A DNA stretch of 64,000 bases from Macrostomum lignano. Taxonomy: Eukaryota. The translations under genes were made by a program, and so were the position numbers. This document shows positions 46,201 to 58,896 of the stretch, piece by piece. The stretch is from NCBI GenBank assembly GCA_002269645.1, contig NIVC01003165.1:1-64000 (forward strand), given 5' to 3'. The notes beneath the pieces are model-generated. The model was not told the DNA's origin and did no database searches. It was given only the letters and a program-made list of their open reading frames with translations. Every line of letters begins with the position of its first letter. The stretch's first letter is position 1.

Positions 46201-47995
46201 GGCGAGACGCAGCTTTGGCTTTGGGATCGGCTTGCGCCTTTCCTTGGGCCTTAGACTGCGCCCGCTCTTGCCGGAGATGCCGGGGTTGGCAGTAGCCTTC
46301 CCTTTGGCAGACTTTCCTCGGCGCATCTTGAGCTTGAGGGCACCCAGCTGGAAAGAGGATCCATTAGGGTACCGACTCGCCCAAGTGCTGGAAAGGCCGA
46401 GGACAATTGAGTTGCCCGTCTCCCCCCTGCGGACTCGGTGGTGATACACCAGTCCACTAGCAGGGAGGTCGGGGTTCAGACGCAGTACGACCCGGCGGAT
46501 AACGTCTGGTCCAGCTGCGGTGCTCTTAGCAGGGACGAAAACCACATAGGGTATCGTCTTTGGACGCTGGCCCTCGCGAAGAAAAAGAGCTCCGCCAAGG
46601 TCAGCATCCAAGGAGACCGTCGGTAGCCGCTGGAGCAGCTGCCGAGCGTCCTCCTCGCTTCTAGGAGCAATAAGAACGAATGTGCTTCACAGCACCATCC
46701 GCTCAATGCCGATGGAGATTCCCTCCTCGACAGTCAGCTCAATCAGATAGGAGTCAACAGCATTCCACACTTTTTGAAGCTGATCAGTGGTCCAGTCCTG
46801 GTCGCGACCTTGGATGATCACTCCCGGGATTTTGGCCTTGGCCTTTGCCGCAAAGGTAGCTCACGAAGGAACCTCCTTGTTGGCAGTGGCCATTTGTTGC
46901 GCAGTCGTTTCGGCCTCAGCAGCCGCAGCAGCATCTCCAGGGAGCGCCGCCGCTGAACTACTGGAGCTTTCACCGGCCGGCCCGCCTGGTTGCCTTGGGA
47001 CTCCAGTCGCTTCAGCATCCAAGGTGGACGCCGCCGCTTTGGCCCCCGCAGCTCCCTTCTTGGCCTGCCTTTTGGCGCGTTGTTTAGCGCGTTTGCGCTC
47101 AAGCCGAGCCCGCTGAGCTTCATCGGATCTGCCAGATTTGGCCGGTCCTTTAGGCTCAGAGCTCGCGGTTCCCTTAGATCCACCAGCGGAGCTGGCAGGT
47201 CTTTGGGTATTTTGAGTTTGGTAGCTCTGGTCGGATCTGCCAGCAGAGCCAGCCGGTCCTTCCTTTGCCACAGTTGAATCAGTCGGTTGGGATCTGCCAG
47301 CAGGGCCGGCCGGTCCTTCGGACTGAGGTTGGGGTTTAGAAGGGTCCCCGTCCCTAGAAATAGCTTGTTTATCCATAGTCGGCTCGAAGGCCATGATAAA
47401 GGTTGGTGGGCTACCCTCAAAGGGGCGCGGTACCCACCCGGCCGCTCCACCTGACCGGGTAGTAGGCCAATAGAACCCTCAAGGCTGGCCCGACACCAGG
47501 AGGGGGACCGCTTGCGACCGGACTACTCCCCGGCCTTCCAGCCCATCGGCACGGTCTACACCTTAGGCATTAGAGAGTACGTTGAGCAGTACCACGGCCT
47601 GCAGGTTGGCGAGCCAGACCCGCATACCCAAATTCGGCCGAAGCAACTGGATAGGGTCGCCAGCGCCGGAGCCCAGTCTGTCCAGCAGCCCTAGGGTCTG
47701 CCTTGAACACACGCGGGGACGAGTACCCTGGGTCGACTTGGGAGACAGCGTGGGGGGGGGGTCTGCGGCTGCCGGAGGCAAATAGATGGTGCAGACCTCC
47801 CACCAGCCTTGACCTGCCAAAGATAGGGGCAGGCGTGAAGCATCGCAGACCTTAGCCCAAAGGCCTGGTCTGTCTCATACTTCACTGGCATGCTGAATAC
47901 GCCTTCGCGTGCGATAGCAGCGGCATTCACAGCTGCTATGTTGAGTATGCCGCCGGAGAAGATTGCCTTCTCGCTTGAGTCGGACTTTCGCTAGC
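43290..47995 (-). mobile_element. LOA-like non-LTR retrotransposon (ORF1 plus APE-RT), 3'-truncated
   Basis: ORF1 pieces 46168-47394; APE 44868-45848 (LIQEPW, GDLNAH, SDH); RT 43290-44970 ([42 protein letters not shown] typical of LOA-like elements). No RNase H or tail. Confidence 0.88.
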
Positions 47996-48765
47996 AGTCG
48001 GATGTGCGGAAAATCCTGTTGCAGGTGTCCGTGCCACTCTTGGTAGAATTGTAGTACGTGCCTATTGCCACAGGCTTGTCACTGGGAAGCAATTGTCTGT
48101 CGTGATGCATGGTGGACAGTAACATCACGTTTCGACCCGCCTTGGGGCAGTAAGACACACGTGAGCTCCTCAGAAAACCGGAATTCGCTCGTGTGTGGAG
48201 CCATGGTTTGAGTTGAATTCTTGAGATCGGCTGGCAGGCCACCACGAGTGCGCATCACTGTTCCAAGAAATGTGAATCTCATTTCTCGGTACAAGTAATT
48301 GGCCAGCGCAGGACTCGAGAAGAATCTGTCAGATATGATGCTGTACCAGTGTCATCTGAATGGATCAGCCAAGCGGCAAACAACTTACCACTCCACACCT
48401 CTGAGCCCTCGGCCAGCCGAGCATCAAATCCCTGTGATGCAAAAGTAGTGGACAGCAGTGTTCCTTTGCCAGTGCAGATTTCCGCATTGAACACATAGCA
48501 GATGTCCATGTCATCCTGAATCTCTGGATTCCCAGCCGATGTCAGCAGGAACAGCTTGGCACCTTTGCGACCGGGCTTCTCCTCAGAAAGACCATGAAGT
48601 CACAGTTCACACCCCAGTAGACAACCAGAGTTTCGTCGACGCAGAGGTACGGCCCGGAAAGAACAGGATGGCGCAGCTGACTGACAAAGGTGTCCTACAG
48701 GCGTCGGATGCCGTAGAGCTTGTCCGTTGCGGCACTCCGCTGACGATGTTCGGCAGTTTCGAATT

Positions 48766-49075
48766 TAACATGGTGCAAAAGCACTGTATAATACCCAGAT
48801 CTGCCTGGTTTGGTGCCTTGATTAAAAAATCACGATGTTGGCGATGCCAGCTCGTCAGGGCCGCGTGTTGGCACTCCGTTGAAGGTCCCGAAGGTCGTCC
48901 AGACAGAGCTGAATGCTGAACATGGTGCAGGACCATTGTATAATACGCAGACATGCCTGGTTTGGTGCCTTGATTGAAAAATCACGATATTGGCGATGCC
49001 AGCTCGTCAGGGCCGCGTGGTGGCACTCTGTTGAAGGTCCCGAAGGTCGTCCAGACAGTGCTGAATGCTGAACAT
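48766..49075. repeat. Two direct copies of an approximately 155-bp subterminal piggyBac repeat, with an inverted copy at about 42855-42995
   Basis: Shared core GCCTGGTTTGGTGCCTTGATT..GCGATGCCAGCTCGTCAGGGCCGCGTG..GAAGGTCCCGAAGGTCG; its reverse complement lies near the other end. Confidence 0.9.
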
Positions 49076-50627
49076 TAAAAAAACAAGAAAAAAGGCCTCT
49101 ACGACTGATATGCATAGTTTGTTGAGCCGACGTCGTTTCATGATGAGATTTTGTGAGCAGAAAAAATTTGCCAATGTTGGCTTTTTCCACCAGACACCCC
49201 GAGGAAAATCGTTGAGTATCTCGAAGATGCCGATTTTTTGTGATTCTCGAAGTTGCTCTATCGAATAGAGGGGAAAATTTTTGCCCGTGTTCTGGATTTT
49301 CATGGCAATTGGTTGAATATTCTTGGAGATGCAGACAAAGTAAAAATGTGTGTATTTGAAATATACCCCCATGGTCTTTCTACTGTTAATAGGATAGATG
49401 CATTTAGGAGTATTAAAAATGCTTTAGTCTAACTAGATGTACTACTGACTGCTGTAGTGAAGGGGAAGCAAAGACAGAATGAGTGTGGCGAAGCAGTGAG
49501 AGCCTAGGAGAATGCAAGCCAAAATATAACAGAGTAACATGTTGTGCATGCAAAAATTAAAAGAATGGTAATCTTCACTGCCCCAGATCAAATGCAGTTA
49601 TTGATTATGAGATGAAAATGATTATTTCTCATCTCCGCTGTGTGATTTTTCCAGGAAATTGGCCTCATCCATGTAATTACATCCCTGTAATAGAATCAGC
49701 ATTCCTACAAACACCAGTTGACTCACACTGCCAGTCAAACGAATCACGAATTCAACCACCGTCACGGCGCACAGCCGCGACACCTGAAGACGTCGAGTCG
49801 GTTTCCATGGCAACACAAGCCTTCCGCGAAGTCCATGGGCCGATACGGATGGGGTGCAAAACCAAACGCCACCAGGAGGGGTGGTGCACGACAGAGGGGC
49901 TCACAAGAACCCTCACGAGGTTCTTGAGTCCATCTCAACAAGTCTCAACAAGAAAAGCTCTCCCGTGCCGAACAGCTTGCGACGCCCAGTTCAACTTTCC
50001 GATCAGCTTCTGAAAACACTTAAAGAAGCAGAGGGATCAAATGCTCACCAAGTCTTGGACTTTGTCGTCAGAAAGAGACATCTGGCCAGCCAAGCTATCG
50101 AATAAAATCGAGCCAATTCGCTGTTGAAGCAAAAAACTGAAAAACCTTCCAATTCCAGTAGCATTTATGATTCAAAAGGACAACTATTGATTTATATGCT
50201 GCTATATCAGCTTCCAAAACTGTGTTGAAAAAGTGTCAGAAACTATTCAGGACACGTTGACTGACGTTGATTGAGGCAAGCGGATTGTTCCCAATGCTGC
50301 CCAGCAGAAGACAAGCGGCTGTTTTTTTCAATTTGACTTTCCTTCTCCGGCCAAACTGCAGTCTTTTCAAGCGAGATCGATCGAGAGCTCTTATTGAAAA
50401 CATCGTGGCCAAGGAATTGAGTTGGAAGTGAAAAGGAAAGAAAAAAACTTAATAATAATCCTATCGCCTGAGGCTTATTGTTTGCCTGAACAATAAAGCA
50501 ACCGCGGCTTCTGATTTTATGAAGAGTTTCTGCATTTTGGGCACGAGATATTTCTGACTTCAGGGTAAAAACACTGTTTATGAGTTAATAACGGTCTCAG
50601 AAACGATCAGGCGAAACGCGTGCTTGC

Positions 50628-51975
<1,348 letters not shown>

Positions 51976-52561
51976 CTAAAAGATTTGCAAACTGGTCTAA
52001 CGTAAACAGGCGCACGAACGGAGACTCCTTAAATATATATTTGAGTTGCAATTAATTGTGAGCAGGAAGTCAATAAAATTAAAAAAAACTCGAGAAATCG
52101 ATTGAATTTTGTCAAGTTACTGCAATTGAAATTGAAATTTTCAAAATAAAAAACTGTGCTGATTCTGAATTCGTGGCGCTGGTCACGTATTAAGACTTCC
52201 TTCCTTCCTGCTTTTAATTTGATTCGCTTTTTGTTTTAATTCTTTGATTTTGGTTTTAATTTTGGCTCGTAACTAACTTTTATATTGACTTTGATCTGAA
52301 AACCTGGCGAAGTTAGGGACAAAATATCCAAACTTATAAAAAACTCTTTTTATCAAATGATGCTTAGTATAAACCTAAAATAATTCCCTACTGATAATTT
52401 TCCCTCTTCTGCAACCACTACTGACATAAGTAGTTTATCTACAAGGCATCACAATGCCAATAAAATTTTATTGGCATCTATCGACACAACCTTTTGAATA
52501 CGGTACAGAAGCAGTGAAATCTGGTAACAACTGACTTGGTGCTCTCAGCACTGCCTTTCAT

Positions 52562-53725
52562 TTACCAAGCTTGTCTTGATGCTTTCAGGTCCATTGGTAT
52601 GACCTACCAAGCTTGTCTTGATGCTTTCAGGTCCATTGGTATGACTTACCAAGCTTGTCTTGATGCTTTCAGGTCCATTGGTATGACTTACCAAGCTTGT
52701 CTTGATGCTTTCAGCTTCGTTGGTATGACCTACCATGTGTTATTGACTGTGCATCGGGCCAAGGTGTTTTAACTAACTGACTAACTTTGGGGCTAGAATG
52801 TACATTGGTGTTCAATTACCTTATATGCATCGTGCGTTCAATTATGAGTATCGTTCGTTTGATTGCGTAACACTGTTGTCAACGTGCATATGAGTATAAA
52901 TATATTAAGCGAGACCTGACAGTCTACGTAAGTTTCACTATAACTAAAAATACAACGAATGGTGACCAGTGGACTCCCGTACCCAGCGGAGTTTCAACCA
53001 GTAACAGGCGAACCTCCTGTGCCATGGGCAAGGTGGATAAAGTCATTTGAGAACTTTCTGGTAGCTGGAGATCTCGAAGAGGCATCCGAGAGTCGGAAAA
53101 CGGCGATCCTCCTGCATCTGCTCGGTGAGGAAGGACGCCGCCGAGCTGCAAACATCGATGCAAGCAAGTCGCTTCAGGAGACCAAAAAGGCACTGAAAGG
53201 GATTTGAGCTTGTCGAAAAGCGTCATAGCAGAGCGTTTCGCCTTTCGGCAGCGAGCCCAGCACGACGGCGAGAGCATCGGAGACTACGTGATGGCCCTGA
53301 GAGAACTGGCAACAAACTGCAACTTTGGCACCTTCCACGACGAGATGATTCGAGACCAACTTGTGGAGAAAACCTGCGTGCCTCGCATCAGGGAAAGACT
53401 TCTGATGGAGGAGGACAATCTGACGCTAGATGACGCTGAGTGAATCGAGGCGGCCATCAGGGACGTCAAGCAGGTCAGCGCCCAGAGCTCCACGTGAAGG
53501 CGCTGAGCAAGAAGCCGAAGCCAGTTGCTCGCCATGAGAAGACTGCAGCACCAGGTCCAAAGTGCACTCGATGTGGAGGCAACAACGGACAAAAAGGTGA
53601 ATGCAAAGCGATGGGTCTGATGAGCGATGGGACCTGGGAGTCTACGTAAATTTCACTATAACTAAAAATACAACACCAAGCTTGTCTTGATGCTTTCAGG
53701 TCTGTTTGCGTGGCTTACCAAGCTT
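52562..53725. repeat. 42-bp minisatellite split by an LTR element (52562-52735 and 53676-53725)
   Basis: Unit TTACCAAGCTTGTCTTGATGCTTTCAGGTCCATTGGTATGAC; about 4 copies left and about 1 right. Confidence 0.9.
52736..53675 (+). mobile_element. Gag-only, internally deleted Gypsy (Mag-like) LTR element
   Basis: About 222-bp 5' LTR (TGTG...TACAAC); TGGTGACC PBS-like motif; Gag motifs W..W...FENFL and ERFAFRQRAQHDGESIGDYVMALRELATNCNFG; last about 40 bp of the LTR repeated at 53639-53675; (A)CCA duplicated at the flanks. Confidence 0.82.
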
Positions 53726-56133
53726 GAATTGATCGGTTCATGTTGCCCTGCTCCAGAAGAGGTTCTTGTTGTCTACCAGTGCTTTAAAAAGCTGTTCTTT
53801 TCTGTTTCTGTTCGAGATTAAAGCAATGTACGAGTGTAGATGATCACTGTTTATTGCTTCGATCTCTTCTAAAAGTTTGTATTTCTTGAAGAATTCGAGA
53901 CAGGCTTTAAAGTACGCGTCCGTTATGTAGTAGTAGCAGTATATCTTTCGTTGATATATGTGACAGGCCCTACAGCCTTCCGAAGGTGGTTATAAATTTA
54001 AGAAAGTTTCCATAAAATTATTCCGGGATCGGCACACTGATGATAAATGAATCCCTGTATACGCGAAACGGACTTGTCTGTTTTTTCTATTAATCGTTGA
54101 CCACAGAAGGCTTTCAATGCGGAAGGAATTCAAAGACAATGTAGAGTTAGATTCCAGGCTGACGTTATGCACCCTATATAGGCTTATATCCGGTTTGCAT
54201 ACGCTGCTGGTCAGAACAGCTGGTGACCGGCGACATTTCTGAAATCGAACAAGTCAGGCGAGTCATGTGTAATTGTTTCAGTGTCTGCCCTGTCTGCGGA
54301 ATTTCCTGCAGTTCCATTTCACCGATTTTGCAATACGAGACAACTCCTTTACTGTTGACTATTGAAACTCGGCGCTGAAATATTGATGACGATAATAACA
54401 AAGGGAACAGTGAATCTGCACCCGATCTAGTCAATTGCATGGCCCCGTAATAAGACACTTTTCCTGTTGTCTGCTCGCGGTTTCTGCACGCGACAGACAT
54501 TCCTCCCAGTGTTAGTGTAGCACCGAGTGACCGCGCGGCGGTTTATGCTATCATTGCGGACCCGCAGATGCACTTTTGATTCGACTTACAGCTACATGTA
54601 AGCCTCGCGTCTGGTTAAAAGCTTTGATTTTCGTTCAAGATTTTGTTCCGCTTAGAAAAACTTTTTCCCAGAAAGTTGCTTTGCTCGCCTGAAGGTGGAG
54701 AAGTTTACTATTTCAACAGCCCTTATCGGGGTTCGTTCCCATGGGGTTCTTTCACCGTTTTGTGTCGCTCTTAGAGAATTCGCATCAACTTTTCGTGTAC
54801 CTCTGACCAGCTGCCAGACTGTCTAGATGGCGAGCGACGCTTGGGATGGAGGGACAGAGGTCCAGGCAGATTGAGAGAGTCACATTATACCCGGGGCTTC
54901 TGCCCTGGTGAATTCCCTCACTTAGTCACTCCAGGCCTGGGCCATGCATTAGTCTGGCCGGCACTTGCGACGATGGAGTCAAACTTTTCTACTGGCTTAC
55001 TCGGCTTAAAGAAAAGTCTTCTTTAAAATAATCATCCAAATTCCGGGCTTAAAGATGCTCTTCGATCATTTTTGCACCTTAGCTCGGATGGCACTCCGCT
55101 TCGCACTGGCCGCGCCCGCAGGGCTCCTGTGTGCCTCACTGCAGACGAGGTGCGGTGTCTTGTCGCATCACACGCGACTGCAGCTGAAGCCTTTTTGAAT
55201 TCCTTGCGCAAGCAATACCCTGCTTTCCACTTTCCTCTGGGTGTTAAAATTGCCTCATGTTTTTATTTTATTATTTAAGAATGCGAAGTTGTTGTCATGT
55301 AGAAATTAATTCAGGCTGTACACATCAAATAGTCAAGCGCTATTGCTATGCTATAGTTTGACGCATTGATGCGTTGATTCAGGTTTTAAAGAACTTAAAA
55401 AGCCTTTTAAATCTTCGCACCTTAAGAAAAGTTTCCTGTAGAAATTTCTATTTTTGCGTGTATTTGCATGCACGACCCACATAGTAAGATGAGCATAAAA
55501 ATTTGTGTAAAAGTACATTGATTTATCATTTGTGGTAACTAATTTCGCCATGCAGGGACCAACGAAATGGGCAAATTTATCAAGTAGCACCAACGTCATA
55601 CACCTGTAATAACTTGAAAAATTGACGCCATTGTCTGAATGTTAGCAGGCTGCAATCTCTTATGGTAGACTCCATGATATATGATCATATCAATTGGTGA
55701 TATCCAATGCAAAACTTTCAAGTTTTCAGAGTCGGACTCCATCATCTCCGACTGGAGACGAATCAGGTCTGGCGCGCGGCGCATTTGCTCAGGAACGTCT
55801 GACTCAGCTGCGAGGGGGCGGCCTGACCTGAGCGCCACCCTAAGCTGGCGCCGCCAGGTGCTGCTGGGCCACTGCCACCGGAGTGACGGCCGCGGCGACC
55901 AAAAAGTCCCGTTGGCGCTGGTCCTCCTGCACCAGCTGACGGAGCAGAAACGCCACGGTCAAGGACCTGACGCTGTGACGCTGACAGGCTGTTTTGAGGC
56001 TGACTTGCAGGCTCGGCCCCCAGACCGCACGCTGCCTGCCCCTCCCGTCTGTTTCCTCGAGCGCGTGTGCGCAAGAGCATACGAGCGTACATAGTTTTTT
56101 CGTGTATCTATCTGGTGTCCCAAAAGTTACCAG

Positions 56134-56659
56134 GGGGGTCTTTCTCGAAAGCAACTTACGATCGACAATAGACGTAAGTTTGGTAAGCTACACTTACGGG
56201 TTGCTCGAAGGGCTCGCAAGTTATCTATGCGTAAGATTGATCGCAACTTTACGAGTCGTAACTTTGCGCAAAAGACTGTTTCTCGAAACGTTCGTATGTC
56301 TATGGTCTTTCGTAAGGTTGATCTTAACCCTACGACTGCTCGGTATCAGTCGTAAGACGCACTTAAGCACTAATCGCATAGTACGTGAAGCTCTAGTCAA
56401 GCCAAGTCAAGTTAAACTTTATCGAAAGTGGGTCTTTCTCGAAAGCAACTTACGATAGACTAAGTAAAGATATTTGCAGATTTATGACCATAGACATGCA
56501 ACTTTTCGTTTCAGATACGACTTACGAACAGCGTAAGCCACGCAAAGTCTAAGTGAGTCTTGAGAAAGCGTCTTACGAGCAAACTTACGCTACACGTAAA
56601 TTTCTTTCTTACGATCTAACTTACCATAGAACTTACGTGAGTTTCGAGAAACACCCCCC
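56134..56659. mobile_element. PIF/Harbinger-like MITE
   Basis: Imperfect TIRs GGGGGT(C/G)TTTCTCGAAA; 3-bp CAG TSD; many CTTACG/CGTAAG subrepeats; internal TIR copy at about 56430. Confidence 0.75.
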
Positions 56660-56829
56660 CAGAATGTTTGCTCTAGCTCCTCAGTATTTTGATGTTGTAT
56701 GTCTCAATTAAAGTAAAGATATTTTTTCAACAAAAAGGTCGTCATTTGAATTTCCTTTTCCATAGATGTCAAAACGTCTATGGATTAAACCAGTAAAATT
56801 GCTGATCAGATTTGCCGCTTGATTTCCCT

Positions 56830-57520
56830 TTAGAGTCAGCGGAGTCAAGTTTTTGCCCTGTGGTCTGCAGGGGTTGTAGCCTAATGGTCAGAGCGCCGGA
56901 CTCACGACTTGAAGGTCGGGGTTCGATTCTTGACTCACTCGGAACAATTTGTGTCCTTGAGCAAGACACATCTCTGAATTGCTTCAGTTCACCCAGCTGT
57001 AGAATGGGTACCAGCATTAGCTGGGGTAATTGAGGGTGTGTGGCGACCCCCCAGTCCTTGGACTGAACAGCCGTACGCAGCCTTCAGATGCGCCGCGCAA
57101 TAGCTGCGGCTGAGCTGTCGGTTGCACATCTGCCCATTAGGGCAGGTGTAATCAATTGTTATTGTTATTATCTGCAGAATGGAGTGGAGCCAAAATTGCG
57201 GAGCATCTTTTCTCTATCCATGGTGAGAACAGCATTAAGAAAACAGCTATTTACGGATGGATCCAACGGTTCAAGGATGGTCAGTCGTCCACTGTGAATG
57301 ACCAGCAACGCTCTGGCCGACCCTGCACGTCGGGTGACGAGACATCCTGTCAACGGGTCATGGCCCTGTTGGACTCAGATGCTCATCTGACAGTTCGAGA
57401 ATTATCTGATCAATTGAACGTTTACAAATCAACTGTCCATCGAATCGTCACCGCTGATCTGAATCTCTCAAAGATTTCTGCCCGTTGGTGCCCCGCCTCC
57501 TCACACCGGAGCTCAAGGCA
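56830..57520 (+). pseudogene. Tc1/mariner transposase N-terminal remnant, interrupted by a SINE
   Basis: IYGWIQRFKDG, DQQRSGRP, TVRELS..L, STVHRIV and KISARW motifs. Confidence 0.8.
56871..57170 (+). mobile_element. tRNA-derived SINE
   Basis: A box TAGCCTAATGG; B box GGTTCGATTC; central GTGTCCTTGAGCAAGACAC...CCCAGCTGTAGAATGGGTACC; (TTGTTA)n tail; 7-bp TSD TCTGCAG. Confidence 0.9.
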
Positions 57521-58896
57521 CAGACATTTAAGGTACTAACCTTCCTTCACATTTCCTGATACAACTCTTAGTCAGAACCAGATAGAATGAAAATTCAAAT
57601 GGACAAGCTTTTAGCTGAAAAATTATCGTTTGTTTCGAAAAAAATCGAAAGTGGTCAAGCTACTGAGGAGCTAGAGCAAATATTACGGGAACTTTTGGGA
57701 CAACCCCTATCCAGTATCTCTATCTATCTAGTATCTACATGTATCTAGTGTCTGAAAAGTGCCCTTCTCCCGTGTTTGCTTAAGGATCACTTTCGCTACT
57801 TTTGATAAAATTTGTTTTGACGGCTGCTCCCGCGGACAAATTTTTGTCGGAGGGCGCTCGCCATTCATAATTCTTATTGCCCGTAATCTCTGATGACTTA
57901 CGACTGGCGCATTGTGCCTGACGGAATTTGATTCTGGGCCGTGACGAGAGGCGGACGAGAGGCAACTCATCCCAGTCAAAGCCCCAGCTAAATTGGCTCC
58001 GGTGGACATAAAGATAATAATTACTTCTGCTGGCTGACCGCTGAGCGGTCGTACTTGTTATTTTGTTTGCGCTATGCGGCCCAGCGGAGGTTGAGAGTCT
58101 TAATGGACTGCTGGTTTATGCCGCGGAATGAATGCTTCATCTGAGGCCAGCGGGTGCGGCCGCCTCGCAACTGCCTGCCTCAGACAGGGGAATGGCATCT
58201 GCAGCCCGGAGTCTCTTGAAAACCCAATTAGAACCGGTGGCAGGCTAACCGAAAATCCTCGAATTGCTAGACTTTGTTGCAACGCGAATTGCTACAAGTC
58301 CAGACCCGGGAAAATCCAGCTATGCAGGCAATGCAGGCATCAGGCTCTGACCGCAGCACCACATGAAGCTGCTTATCGGCTGTCTGCGCTGATGAGGTGC
58401 GAAAGAATTATGCTAATAAAAGAGTACTAATGAATTCGCAAGCATGGATCAAATATAATAATTCGCCAACCGAAGTGTTCCTTTTGCGAATTGACTGCTG
58501 CTGTTTTGGGTCTTGGTTGACAAAGACTTCTCATCAACTCAGTGTTGTGCACGAGAAATATTTAAAAGGCATATTTTTTACAGAAGAAAATTAAGCTCGA
58601 CAAAAATTTATATGTTTTCTCGTGGATAGACGATTATCAGAATTGGGGCGACCAAATCTACATAGGCCACTATAAAGTAGCTCGTATAAGTGAAGAAAAA
58701 TTTAATAGTCTGTGAGGATTTGATAAAAATTGAGAAAGCCTTCAAACACGTAAGAATGAACGCTCAAAAGTCTTCCATCAGAGTCTACGCAATAAAATAC
58801 GGACCAACTTGGCAAATGCATTGCAGGCATTATGCCATAACTTTACCGGTCCTGTTGCATCAGTTTTGATCAATGTGACTGTCCTGAATCCCAGCA

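Larger units (their letters stand above)
42525..49385 (-). mobile_element. piggyBac DNA transposon, degenerate, interrupted by a LINE
   Basis: TTAA TSDs (42521-42524 and 49386-49389); TIR CAGTAGAAAGACCA; transposase remnants at about 48000-48760 (LCVDETL, KPGRKGAK, YNSTKSGTD) and a Cys-rich tail at about 43170-43290. Confidence 0.9.

Noticed and set aside
56870-56945. tRNA gene
   Set aside because: A and B boxes are present, but acceptor pairing is not convincing, and the sequence continues into a SINE body, tail and TSD.
58381-58445. Minimal hammerhead ribozyme (CTGATGAG-GTG-CGAAA)
   Set aside because: Stem III cannot be closed with the required A-U pair and UH cleavage site while keeping stem I.
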